Both the position numbers and the translations under genes were made by a program. The notes below the pieces were generated by a model, which was given only the letters and a program-made list of their open reading frames with translations, was not told the origin of the DNA and ran no database searches. A DNA stretch of 64,000 nucleotides from Azolla caroliniana (Eukaryota > Plantae > Polypodiophyta): the NCBI GenBank assembly GCA_043228905.1, contig JBHGNT010000003.1, positions 12,338,001 to 12,402,000 of the forward strand. The letters are read 5' to 3'. Below, in pieces: positions 12,758 to 24,099 of the stretch (within the stretch, counting starts at the first letter, position 1; each line of letters opens with the position of its first letter).

Positions 12758-13705
12758 TATTGAGAGACAAGCTCAACATCGGCCGGATCGGCTGAGCAAG
12801 CCGAGGACCGGATCGGTTGGGACCGATCGGTTAGGTCGGATCGGTGCAGAAACTGGGAGGCCATCGGAAAGATATTCCGCAAGGCATATATTTGGGAGTT
12901 AGTGTAGGGGCTCCTTATGAGCATTGAAGTACTGTCAATACTTCTATCAATCTGAAAAGGACTTGTATAAAAGTGTTCATTGAACACACATGATGTACAG
13001 ATTGAGTATTATTTTTGAATTGAGATCTGTATGCTCTCTCTCTGTCTCTCCTCTGCATACTGTGCAAACCTAAGCTTTCCAGTAAACCTGCATTTTCTGT
13101 CGTTCGGTTTCCTATATTGCTTCGCACGCCATTCTTTTCATGCTATTAGAGCGCGAGGGTTGAGAACCTCTGCAATCGACTTTGCTTTAAAAAAAAAACC
13201 AACGAAGAAGAACAAGAAAACCGATGGACAGAGGAATGGCTAGCTCGGTTCCGATGGAGAAGCTCGATAGAAACAACTACGCATCTTGGTCCTACAAGAT
13301 GCACCAGTACCTGCTCGGGCACGGTTACTGGAGCTATGTCGATGGAGCAAATGACACATCACCCAAATCGACACACAAAGATTTCCCGGTGTGGGAACAA
13401 TCGGCGAGCAGAGTGCTGTACTGTTTCGCGTCTTGTGTGGGCGAACAGCTATTAAGCTACGTTCGGGATGCAAAAACGCCGAAGGGTGCGTGGGAAAATC
13501 TGAAGAGGATCTTTGCCGCGAGCACCACAGCCAGGAAGCTTCAGCTCCGACAGGAGTTGAGAAACCTACGACAACGCGATTTGTCGGTGGCTGACTATAC
13601 CTCGAAGATCAAGGACATATACGGCTCCTTAGCTTCCATCGATGTAAACATCGAGGAAAGCGAGATGGTCCAGGTTTGTCTTGGGGGTTTGGCGTCGAAG
13701 TTTGG
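12758..13705 (+). mobile_element. Truncated Ty1/copia family A: 5' LTR (12758-13140), degenerate PBS, gag N-terminus
   Basis: LTR is similar to 34412-34827. PBS TGCTATTAGAGC. Gag MDRGMASSVPMEKLDRNNYASW..LASKFG breaks abruptly at ~13705. Confidence 0.9.
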
Positions 13706-14591
13706 GGGTTGTGCCGTTGGAAGGGGGGGGCTTCGTACGGGCCAGAGTCAAGGAGAATGAGTAGAAGTTGTAGAAAACGAAGGCTGGCTTGAATGTCGGG
13801 GTCCGGGATGTCGAGGTATGCATGTAGGAATCGTCGCATGACCCGGATCATGTCGGGTTTGGTCGGGGATGTGCGCGGGGGTCAGGGGAACAATGGCCAG
13901 TTGAATTGAAGGGTGGGTAGGCATGCCTGGGCGGCGCGAAAATCGGGCCATGGCCAACGACGAGGAAGGGGTAAAACGGTGGGGTTGGTGCGCAGCTCGG
14001 GGGGGTGGAGGGCGAGCCATTCGCGGAAGGATGTGTGTGCGAATCAAGGGAGACGCCATGGGGATTGGGTGCCAGGAGGTTCGAGGAGGGGGTCGGTGAT
14101 GGGGTGGTGCCACCCGCGAGTGGGGGTGGGGTGTGCGGCGGCCCAAGTAGACATCTTATCGCGGTAAACATGGGGGTAAAGGAAGACGTTGACTTGGGGT
14201 TCGGAGGCGACTTCAGGGTAATAGTTGTAGCGGCGGGTGAGGAGTAGGGGGGTCTCGCAGAAGTCAAACTCCCATGGAATGGGGGCGGCAGACTGATTGT
14301 CAAGACGAGTGTCCCAACTGGTAACACTTTCGATGCAATCAAGGGTGGTTTGGAGGCCGTGGGTGAGTTGGTAGGGGTCAACCAAATCAGCGTAGAAGGA
14401 CGCAGCGTTGAAGCGGGCACTTGGGGTGTGGAGTAAGGGAGGTGTAGTGAAGATGGGGAGGGGTAGTTGTTGGTGGAGCATGAGGTGGACGAGGGGATGG
14501 TTGAAGGGGAGAGCTTTGCGGAGGATGACCTCCATGAATGTCCGACCGGGGTGGGTGACGACCCGTGTGTGGAGGGGGAAAGTGTCGGGTG
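13706..14591 (-). pseudogene. C-terminal segment of the large gypsy accessory ORF (unknown domain)
   Basis: ORF 14044-14616 is in frame with ORF 20096-20338 after removing the copia and one TSD copy. It continues through stops into 13609-13851. Confidence 0.6.
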
Positions 14592-15104
14592 TGTTAAGAA
14601 AACGTGAAGAAGGCACTCGGGCTCTTCTTTTGTATGCGCGGAGGATCGTAGTGTGCTGGATCGTTAGCGTGCTCTAAACAGACAGAGAAAGGAAAGGGGA
14701 CTTACCTCTGTAGTAGCAAAATGGTTTTCTTCTATTACATGTAGAGCTCAACTTGCTCTCGTCAGTGTTCTGGTCTCACACTCTCTCTCAGAGTTCTCTA
14801 CTCACTATTCTCTGTTTTTTTCTTCCTTCTACTTACTTCCTATTCACTCTCACTTACTTTTACCTAAGTCATAAGTTATTACACATGCAGCTAATTAGCT
14901 GTTCACTAGCTAATTAGCTGTCAGTCGCTAAACAGCTGTTCACTAGCTAATTAGCTCTCACTAGCTAAATAGCTGTTTTACCTTTTTGTTCACTAGTAGC
15001 TAAATAGCTACTATAGCTTATTTCTCATAAGCATCACATACCATGTTGAGCTTGCTTCTCAACACTCCCCCTCAAGCTCAACTTATTCTTGCTTGAGGTT
15101 CTCT

Positions 15105-18100
15105 TCAATCTTCTTTTCCATTTTGCTTTTTAGCCATCTCATCAATGTTTACAACTCCCATCATGTTCCGAAACTGTGTATGCTTTTCCACACTCAATCC
15201 CTTTGTGAGAATATCAGCAACCTGCTGATTTGTATTCACATACACCAGATCAACTTCTCCTTCAATCACTTTTTCTCTAACAAAGTGATAATGCACTTCA
15301 ATGTGCTTTGTTCTTGCATGGAACACAGGGTTCTTTGCAAGCTGAATGCTGCTCATATTGTCACACCAGATTGTGACAGCACCATCTATATATACTCCCA
15401 GATCAGCAAGCAGTCTTCTGATCCATACTTCTTCACATGTGGCTATTGCAGCCCCTCTATACTCAGCTTCTGTACTGGACAATGCAACAGTAGCCTGTTT
15501 CTTGCTACTCCATGAAATTCCTGCACTTCCCAAGGTAAACATGTATCCACTTGTGGATCTCCTGTCTGTTTGGCTTCCAGCCCAATCAGCATCTGTATAT
15601 CCTTCCAGATTTATGTCTAGATCAGCCCTGTAAAATAGTCCAAAGTTCTGAGTTGCTTTTACATACCTCAGAATCCTTCTGATGCAGTCCAAATGTGGCT
15701 TTGTTGGCTGTTGCATAAACTGGCTGACTAATCCAACAACATAGCTCAAATCAGGTCTTGTTATAGTCAAATAAATAAGGCTGCCCACCATAGACCTGTA
15801 CATGTTTACATCTTCTATTTTGGCTCCCAAATCAGCCCTCAACTTGCAGTTTTTATCAAGTGGTACAGCAATAGGTTTGCATCCAAGCATACCATACTTT
15901 TTCAACATAGTTGTTGCATACTGGTTTTGCAACATACATATACCACTTTCAGATCTGATGATTTCAATACCAAGAAAATATCTCAGATCTCCCAAATCTT
16001 TCATATGAAACTGCATTTCCAGATTTTTTTTCAACTTTCTTATTTCATCCACGGAATCTCCTCCAATAATCAAATCATCTACATAAATCAGAATAATAAC
16101 AATGCAATCATTTTCACTTTTTACATACAAAGAAGGATCAGCTTTTGACATTTTGAAACCAAGATTTTTCAGAGAATCTGAAAGTTCTCTGTGCCATGCT
16201 CTTGGTGCCTGTTTCAGTCCATAGAGAGCTTTTTTCAGCTTACATACATAATCAGGTTGTTTCTTATCTTCAAAACCTGGTGGTTGACTCATATACACTT
16301 CTTCTTCCAAGTTACCATGTAAAAAAGCATTTTTTACATCCATGTGATGCAAAATCCATTTTCTGGCTGCTCCTACAGCAAGTAGTGTTCTCAGGGTTGC
16401 CATCTTTGCAACCGGTGCAAAAGTCTCATCATAATCAATCCCTTGCATCTGAGCATATCCTTTTGCAACCAATCTTGCTTTATGTCTACTTACATTCCCA
16501 TTGGAGTCATGCTTTGTCTTGTAGACCCATTTGCAGCCTACCACATTTTTCTCTTTTGGTAACTTCACTAAATCCCACGTTTTGTTCTCAGCCAATGCAT
16601 CAAACTCTTCTTGCATTGCATCCATCCATTTCTTCTCAGATTTTGCTTCTTCAAAGCTGTTTGGGTCAGGGATCTGTACCACCTTAGACATATATGCATA
16701 GTGCATAGCCATATATGTATCATACCCAAAACTTTCCACAGTCTTTTTCTCTCTATCTGATCTTCTCAGTTTCTGATTTGCATTCTTTATTGCCTTTTCC
16801 GTACCAGGGATTTTCATTTCCTGTATTCCAAGGAAATCATCCAAAGACATATCTGAATCTTCATCTTCCATGTTTTTTGATAGGTCATCTGGGATTTCAT
16901 ACTCTGGCATTTTCTGTTTTCCTTTTTTGTCATCAGATTTTTTCTGTCCAGTTTTTCCACTCCATGAATTTGAATCAGATTTACCATCTGAGCTTTTTGA
17001 TGGTCCAGAACATTCTGTTGATGTTGGACTTTGCTGTCCAACCTTGTCTCCATCTCTGTGACAGTCTTCTACATTTTCTGATCTGTCTTTGTCTTCATTT
17101 TGACAGTCTTCATCAGCCTCTAGATTCTGTTTTGGGCTGTACCAACTAGCCAACTCATCAAATATCACATCTCGACTTGTCACAATCTTTTTAGTCACAG
17201 GGTTATAACATCTGTACCCTTTTTGTTCTTCTGAATACCCAACAAAGATACATTTTTCTGCTTTTGGATCCAACTTACTTCTTACTTCTGCAGGCACATG
17301 TACATATGCAAGGCATCCAAACACTTTCAAGTGTTGTAAGCTAGGCTTCCTGCCATAAAAACACTCTTCAGGAGTTGCCTCATGTACTCCTGATGTAATA
17401 CATCTATTTAAAATGTAATTTGCTGTATTTACAGCTTCTGCCCAATAGTATAATGGCATGTTCTTCTCAGTCATCATTGCCCTTGCTATGTTCACCAAAG
17501 TTCTGTTTTTCCTCTCAGCAACTCCATTTTGCTGTGGAGTATATCGGCATGTGAACTGTCTTCTTATTCCCTGATTACACAAAAAATCAGAAAATTCATT
17601 GGAGAAATACTCTCCTCCTCCATCAGATCTCAAACATTTTATCCTTGTACCAGCCTGCTTTTCTACCATGCATTTAAACTTACGAAAACAGTCAAATACT
17701 TCACTTTTCTCCTTCATGAAGTACACCCATGTCTTCCGTGAACAATCATCAATAAATGTAACATAAAATCTGCATCCACCAATAGATGCATTCTTTGTTG
17801 GTCCCCATACATCTGTATGTACCAAATCCAACAGATTTTTGCTTACATGTCTCTCATGAGGGAATGGCAACCTGTTTTGCTTACCATATTGACATGCTTC
17901 ACATACTTTTCCCATTTCACACTTTTTCAAGTTTGGCAGTCCAGCCACTGCATCTTTTCTCAACATATTCTTTAATGTTTGCATACTTATATGGCCAATC
18001 CTTTTATGCCACATTTCCACATCTGAGATTACACTCATTCCATTTGCAAACATGGCTGAAATCTGTTTGGGCATTTCTACATCCAAGATAAACATTCTTC

Positions 18101-19430
18101 CTTGTCTCTTCCCTTTTGCAATGAGCTTCCCATTCTTTTCTATATAGCATCCACTTGGCTTAAACTTCACTTGCATACCTTGCTCTACAATCTGTCCAAC
18201 AGAAATCAGATTCTTAGCAAGGTTTGGAACATGCATCACATTCAACATATACTTGGTTTTTCCTCTTTCTTCCCACAATGGGATATCTCCAACATGTTTT
18301 ATTTGGTGAGTTGTGTCATCACCTGTTTGTACATAACCAGGAACCTCTGGTTCTCTTAAACTCTCAAACCAATTTGCATGTCCAGTCATATGGTTAGATG
18401 CCCCCGAGTCTACATACCACGTAAACTCTTCATTACATTTCTGTGAGCTTTCAGCCACTGCTGCTATCTCATGTTGCACTACAAAACCACCTTCCTTTTC
18501 ACAATCTTCACTAGTAGAGGCATAGTTACTTTGTTGTCCTTTTCCTCTTTTCTCATCATTTTGTTTCTTGTAACATTCAGCCTGTGTATGGCCTAGTTTA
18601 CCACAATACCAGCAGCCATCATCATTTACATAAGTTTGCTTACCTCTACCTCGGTTGCTCCCCCTGCCTCTGTTGTTGTTTCCTCCTCTATGAGCTTGTT
18701 GTCCTCTTCCTTGAAAGCCATTATTATTGGTTCTTCCTGAGCCAAATCTTCCATGGCCTCTTCCTCGGCCTCTTCTGGCATTATTATAGAGGGCTTGCCC
18801 CTCGTTCTCTGAGTTTCCTTTATTTGCATCATCCATCTGATTCCTTTCCTCTACCACAAGCATTGAGACCAGATCTGAAAAACTTGGGATACTATCCCTT
18901 GTGAGCATAGAAGTTTTAAAACTCTTGTATTGAGGTCCTAAGCCTCTTAAGCATATTTCCACTTTGTCATCATCTTCTATCTTCACATTGATAGAAGCAA
19001 GTGATTCACATATACTCTTGATTTTTAGGGCATACTCATTTATTGACATCTTACCTTTTTCTAAGGTATTTAGCTCAGTCTTCAACTGTAGCTTTCTAGC
19101 TTTTGTGTTTACTGCAAACAGTTTTACCAAACTGTCCCAAGCTTCTTTTGGGAGCATAGCATCTTGTATATGCCCAAGCATTGAATCTGAGATGCTGAGT
19201 GATAGCCAATGCATTACTTTCCTTGCCCCTTGATTCCAATCTTTAAATGCCTTAATATGTGCAGCTGTTGCATTCTCTTCTGGGATCTTTGGAGCCTCTT
19301 CTAGGTCTCCTTCAATGTAATCCCAGTATCCTTTCCCCATCAGAAAGTTTGTCATTCTGAATTTCCACGCCGGGAAATTGTTTTTATCTAATTTCTCTGT
19401 GACCATTTGGCCTACATTCTCTGCAGCCAT
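15105..19430 (-). CDS. Copia Gag-Pol polyprotein, 1441 aa (gag, CCHC, protease, integrase, RT, RNase H)
   Basis: CWYCGKLGHTQAEC; WYVDSGASNHM; WHKRIGH..CEAC; LVHTDVWGP..LRSDGGGEY..NGVAERKN; LIYVDDL; YTDADWAG; RTKHIEVHYHF. Confidence 0.97.
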   Translation of the reverse strand: MAAENVGQMVTEKLDKNNFPAWKFRMTNFLMGKGYWDYIEGDLEEAPKIPEENATAAHIKAFKDWNQGARKVMHWLSLSISDSMLGHIQDAMLPKEAWDSLVKLFAVNTKARKLQLKTELNTLEKGKMSINEYALKIKSICESLASINVKIEDDDKVEICLRGLGPQYKSFKTSMLTRDSIPSFSDLVSMLVVEERNQMDDANKGNSENEGQALYNNARRGRGRGHGRFGSGRTNNNGFQGRGQQAHRGGNNNRGRGSNRGRGKQTYVNDDGCWYCGKLGHTQAECYKKQNDEKRGKGQQSNYASTSEDCEKEGGFVVQHEIAAVAESSQKCNEEFTWYVDSGASNHMTGHANWFESLREPEVPGYVQTGDDTTHQIKHVGDIPLWEERGKTKYMLNVMHVPNLAKNLISVGQIVEQGMQVKFKPSGCYIEKNGKLIAKGKRQGRMFILDVEMPKQISAMFANGMSVISDVEMWHKRIGHISMQTLKNMLRKDAVAGLPNLKKCEMGKVCEACQYGKQNRLPFPHERHVSKNLLDLVHTDVWGPTKNASIGGCRFYVTFIDDCSRKTWVYFMKEKSEVFDCFRKFKCMVEKQAGTRIKCLRSDGGGEYFSNEFSDFLCNQGIRRQFTCRYTPQQNGVAERKNRTLVNIARAMMTEKNMPLYYWAEAVNTANYILNRCITSGVHEATPEECFYGRKPSLQHLKVFGCLAYVHVPAEVRSKLDPKAEKCIFVGYSEEQKGYRCYNPVTKKIVTSRDVIFDELASWYSPKQNLEADEDCQNEDKDRSENVEDCHRDGDKVGQQSPTSTECSGPSKSSDGKSDSNSWSGKTGQKKSDDKKGKQKMPEYEIPDDLSKNMEDEDSDMSLDDFLGIQEMKIPGTEKAIKNANQKLRRSDREKKTVESFGYDTYMAMHYAYMSKVVQIPDPNSFEEAKSEKKWMDAMQEEFDALAENKTWDLVKLPKEKNVVGCKWVYKTKHDSNGNVSRHKARLVAKGYAQMQGIDYDETFAPVAKMATLRTLLAVGAARKWILHHMDVKNAFLHGNLEEEVYMSQPPGFEDKKQPDYVCKLKKALYGLKQAPRAWHRELSDSLKNLGFKMSKADPSLYVKSENDCIVIILIYVDDLIIGGDSVDEIRKLKKNLEMQFHMKDLGDLRYFLGIEIIRSESGICMLQNQYATTMLKKYGMLGCKPIAVPLDKNCKLRADLGAKIEDVNMYRSMVGSLIYLTITRPDLSYVVGLVSQFMQQPTKPHLDCIRRILRYVKATQNFGLFYRADLDINLEGYTDADWAGSQTDRRSTSGYMFTLGSAGISWSSKKQATVALSSTEAEYRGAAIATCEEVWIRRLLADLGVYIDGAVTIWCDNMSSIQLAKNPVFHARTKHIEVHYHFVREKVIEGEVDLVYVNTNQQVADILTKGLSVEKHTQFRNMMGVVNIDEMAKKQNGKED

Positions 19431-19867
19431 TTTTTTCCTTCCAAAAACCAGGGTTTTGCTTTAGTTACTTCAACAAGTAACTTTCTGATTTCTGATCAGC
19501 AACCAGAGAAATAACTTTCTCAGATTAAGGCACTGCTATACTCTTCCTTACGAGCTACTCTGCTCTGATACCATGTTAAGAAAACGTGAAGAAGGCACTC
19601 GGGCTCTTCTTTTGTATGCGCGGCGGATCGTAGTGTGCTGGATCGTTAGCGTGCTCTAAACAGACAGAGAAAGGAAAGGGGACTTACCTCTGTAGTAGCA
19701 AAATGGTTTTCTTCTATTACATGTAGAGCTCAACTTGCTCTCGTCAGTGTTCTGGTCTCACACTCTCTCTCAGAGTTCTCTACTCACTATTCTCTGTTTT
19801 TTTCTTCCTTCTACTTACTTCCTATTCACTCTCACTTACTTTTACCTAAGTCATAAGTTATTACACA

Positions 19868-20015
19868 TGCAGCTAATTAGCTGTCAGTCGCTAAACAACT
19901 GTTCACTAGCTAATTAGCTGTCAGTCGCTAAACAGCTGTTCACTAGCTAATTAGCTGTCAGTCGCTAAACAGCTGTTCACTAGCTAATTAGCTGTCACTA
20001 GCTAAATAGCTGTTT
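19868..20015. repeat. 37-bp tandem repeat in the copia B LTR (CACTAGCTAATTAGCTGTCAGTCGCTAAACAGCTGTT)
   Basis: Three units in the right LTR versus about 1.5 in the left LTR (14887-14980), which accounts for the 55-bp length difference. Confidence 0.85.
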
Positions 20016-20981
20016 TACCTTTTTGTTCACTAGTAGCTAAATAGCTACTATAGCTTATTTCTCATAAGCATCACATACCATGTTGAGCTTGCTTCTCAAC
20101 AGGGTGGTGGGGGGGGAAGGGGGTAAGCCGAGGGGGGTGTGCGAAATGGGTTGTCACCGAACATGGGATGTGTGTGGTCGGGGACGTGGTGCTCACTGAG
20201 GTGAGGGTGTGGGGGCGTGTGGTGGGGGGGGAAGGGAGGTGGGCTAGTAGGTGGGGGAGGTGGTGGGAGTTGGGGGGGGGCTTGGAGGCGGGGAGGAGGG
20301 AGGGCGAAGGCGAGGTGGTGGCTGGGTGTCGGGTTCATCAGGTGAGTCGTGATCCCCCTCCAGGTCGATCTCTGGGGGGGGAGAAGGGGGGTGTGTTAAC
20401 TCTTAGAGCCGGACAATGGCCTAACACAGGGTGTCTACGGAAGACACTTCACCAAAGGGGTGTTACGGCAATAGGATTAGACTCAACGATTAATCCGACT
20501 TAATTAGGCTACTTAACAAGATCGTCCTTAATAATCACACACGTAAGATATAACAATGAATGCACAACGGCAATTAACACAGAGAGATAACAACACTAAG
20601 CTTTATTATTTAACCGCTGCTCATTACATTGTATCCGGGCCTTTAAATAGGTTTCCGGTCTGTAGTACAAAACGGTGCCATCCGCACCTGTTCGGGATCG
20701 GTCCAGATCCGGAACGGCATACCGATTCCGGTCCGTCCGTCCACACTCATAGCTTACTTACAACCATTCCTAATAATTAAATAACTCCCCGTTTCACACT
20801 CCGAACTCCTTTGCCGGTCGGGCCGGTAACACATGGCACGCCCGTGGGACAGTACCTTGTACGTCGAATCCACATCCGATCCTTGCTATTCTTCGTCCAA
20901 AATGTCCAGAATGCTTTGTTCGAGAGTCTCCAATGGTTCATCTGGAATTGGTTGTTGTTGTTGTTGTGGTTGTTGCTGCTG

Positions 20982-23673
20982 CTATTGCTGCTCCGTCGAT
21001 GGCTGTTGTGACTGGTCCTTTGGTGGCTGTTGTGGCTGCTCCTCCGTTTGTTGCTCTGACACCGGCGTCTTCATCGTTGCTCCCTCCGTCGTAGTGGTCT
21101 CCGGTTGACTGGTTCCGGGCTGGCCCTCGGCCGACGACGGTTCCTCATCACTAAGGTTAACCGTTGCCGCTTCCCGTGCTTTTTCTTCCCGAACCCGGGA
21201 CCGCTCGTAGCTTTCAAACTGGATTTGAGCGTCTAGCCTATCATCGTCTAGCTGAGCTACGAATTGCCGGACCTGCGCCAGCTGTTCATCTGCCAGGACT
21301 TGGAAGTCATCGGCCAGCTCGTCCCGTATGGCGGTGAAGTCCTCGGAAGTCAACGTGTAACAATCATCTCCTTCCTTCCGCCGGTTTGCCACGTCTGCCC
21401 GTAGCAATTGGAGTTCCGCCGCGTTTTGTGCCCACTTTGTCCACCATCTTACGGAGCTTTCGTCAATCAAGCGTTTTGTCTGATTCAGCCATGCCCGGAG
21501 GATGCACTGAATCCGGCCCGTTCCCAATTGCGGTTTGATCTCCGCCGCTTGTCGTTCCTCCTTCAATTGCTTGATGATTTTGACATTGTCTTCCACTTGC
21601 TCCTTGTAATGCGTCAATTGCCTTTGATATGTGCTTTGTAATTTTTGCAATACCGTTGACACTCTCTCCTTTTCTTCCTGTTGCTGCCTCTGGAGCTCCA
21701 TCCGGACCTTCTCCGCTTCATCCAACCATCTTGTATTTTCCGCACGTTCGTCGGCGATCGCCATCAAGGCCCGATCAACTTCCTGCTGGAGCTCGGCCAC
21801 CCGTTCCTTATGCTCCGTTTCCAGCCGTTTGTAGTCCCGGTGCAGGTGCTCAAAATCATCTATCTTTTGCTTGAGCCGTGCGTTGATCTGTCGACGGGCC
21901 CGGTCCTCGCGGTCCTTCTGCTGGCGGAGCTCTTCCTTTAGCCGTTTCCGCCGTCTTCCGCAACTTGTCCTTTTCCTGTAGCACTTTGTCTTTTTCCTCC
22001 CTTAGCCGGTCGTACGCTTGATGGCCTTTCCGGAGGCTCTCCTCTGCCCGGCGGAGGTTCTCAACAGTCTTCTTTAATTCTGCTTCGGCCACTGTCTTCA
22101 ATTCCCGTTCCCGGCTCCTTAGCGCTTCTTGTGCGGCAAGTTCATCTCTCAATTCCGCAAGCTCCTGGGCTTGCGCCGCATCTCTCTCTGGAACGGTTTC
22201 CATTGCCGTGGTCTTATTCGTATGTACAGGTTGATCTGTTTCTTTATTCTGTACACTTACCGGAGTCACCGGTGATTGGATCTGTGTTGCCGTTAAGGCG
22301 ATTTTGGCCATCTCTGTCGTGACCTGATCCAAGTTTTTTTCAAGGCACCGGATTCTGGACCGGGGCGTCTCTAGTTGTTTGGTTGTGACGAGCAACCGTT
22401 CGCTTTGCGCTCTTTCTTCCGCCTCAGTATACCCCATTGCTCCGGCAATCTGTTCGCCTATCCACCGGAGCCACAGGCTACCGGTGCATTGTTGTTGTGC
22501 TTGCACGGAGGTTTGATAGATGGGCTCGCTTGTAGATGGGTGGTTCCGCCTGATTGCGCCGAGTTGCAATTCCGTTTCTGCCCGTGGACCACCCTGCTGT
22601 CCTGGTTCCCCTTGCGCTTCTTCTTGGTTGGCCGAGGGAGGCTGTATTGACCTTTCGGGCTCTAGCGGAATGGGACTTGGCGGTGCTGCCGGTGGTGCAG
22701 GGGCTTCTGATTCCGGTGCCGTGCGCACCGGTTCTGGTTCCTCCCTTGGCGTGGGAGTCTCAGTATGGGGAGCCGGTGTTCCCTCCGTATGAGGGTCTGA
22801 ACGTTTCCCGGCTGCCTCAACGGTCCTTGCCGACGACCGTCGCTGGAGGTGCTTCGTAGGCTCCTCCTCTATTTCCTCTTCCTGAGTCCCGGCATTGATT
22901 TTTGCCGCCAAGGGGTTTGCTTCTCTATTCACCGGTCGATGGAGTGTAACCTTTACGGGCCGTACCGGTGGTTCCTCCTGCGCATCCCTTTCCCGCTTCC
23001 GGCTAGCGCTCTCCTTTCCCGCCTATTCTGCATCTACTACCTTCCCCTTAGTGGCCTTAGAGGCCAACAACTGTTGTCTTTTGGAAACCATCTTTGGGGT
23101 GCCGTCCGCCACTCTCCCCCGGTTCTTGGGCTGGACGGGTGGCACAAGCAAGGTGAGCCACTGCGTTACGGCGTGCCATATCCTCCGTCCTTCTCGGCCT
23201 TCTTTGCCGTCTTTTCCTCTGACGATCTCGATCGCCGCACACAACCCGTCTGCGATCAATACCGGCCAATCCACCTTGATCCCTTCATAGGTGGCGATGA
23301 TCATCCCTGCCCGGTTCGGCGGCATGACAGGGGGTCTGGGGTACACATGGCCGTATTCGTGGAGCACACGGGCAATCTCGCGGAACAACATATCTCCGCC
23401 GCCCTGTGTCCGGTAGCCCTTGCTAGCTAGGGAGTACTCACCAAAATACTTGATGAATTGCTCCGAGGTCGGATTGTCAATTGTGAATATGCCTCCCTCC
23501 GGAAGGCCTGTTAACGCACGGATCGCCTCATCCATTATGACCTCTGTGTCGATTTCTTTGATCCCCTTGTCGGCTTCTTTGTGTGGCGGTACGTCCATAA
23601 TCGTCAAGAAGCCCTCGAGCCCGTGTTGCTTTAGCCATTTCTTAGCGGCTTCCGACAGCGTTTGCGGGTCCAT
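20982..23673 (-). pseudogene. Accessory ORF downstream of pol: globular N-terminal domain, disordered linker, coiled coil; frameshifted
   Basis: Consecutive ORFs 23023-23673, 21856-22932 and 20982-21800 in the same sense as pol. Confidence 0.7.
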
Positions 23674-24099
23674 GTCTGTGTCGAGGTCGGATTGTGGTGG
23701 CGAGGTTGGCTGGTGATGAGAGTGAGAGTGAGAGAGAGAGAGAGTTCAGAAGGTGGGGGTTCTCTGTGCGTAGGTTCTCGTCTGATGATCTTGCAGCGCC
23801 TTGGTGCTTCTGTGCTCCTGGGTTCACGAAAGTAGAGAGTCTCCACGCGCAGTGGTTTTTCTCTGTGCATTCTGGTGCCTTTTTCGAGTGTGTGCGCATC
23901 GTGTACTAAAATAGCATTATGTCTTGTGGTGGCGCTTAAATGCCCACTACGTACCTTTTCTCTCCTCGCTCTTTCGTCCATTCATACCTCGCTTTTTTCT
24001 TTTTGATAAATTTTAATGTGGTGTGAGGTTAGTTGTCCGTTGGTCCTATCGGACCCTTACAGGCCTCATTACGGTTTGCCATCGCCTCATTCTCCCCTG

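Larger units (their letters stand above)
14592..20101 (-). mobile_element. Intact full-length Ty1/copia (family B)
   Basis: LTRs 14592-15064 and 19574-20101 (TG..CA), TSD GGGTG, PBS TGGTATCAGAGC 19562-19573, PPT 15065-15073, one uninterrupted ORF. Confidence 0.97.

Noticed and set aside
13701-13705. TTTGG as TSD partner of 58002-58006 for the large gypsy
   Set aside because: There is no LTR at this end, the bases belong to the copia gag codons (KFG), and the two flanks come from different elements.
13706-14591. Host gene or LINE in the GC-rich segments
   Set aside because: TSD-linked continuity ties these segments to the large gypsy; no endonuclease, LINE RT or recognisable host domain is visible.
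24030-24075. Hammerhead ribozyme after pol (minus strand GTAATGAG-GCCT-GTAA-GGGTC-CGATA)
   Set aside because: Three mismatches in the catalytic core and no convincing stems I and III. Other CTGATGA hits lie in coding sequence without a hammerhead context.
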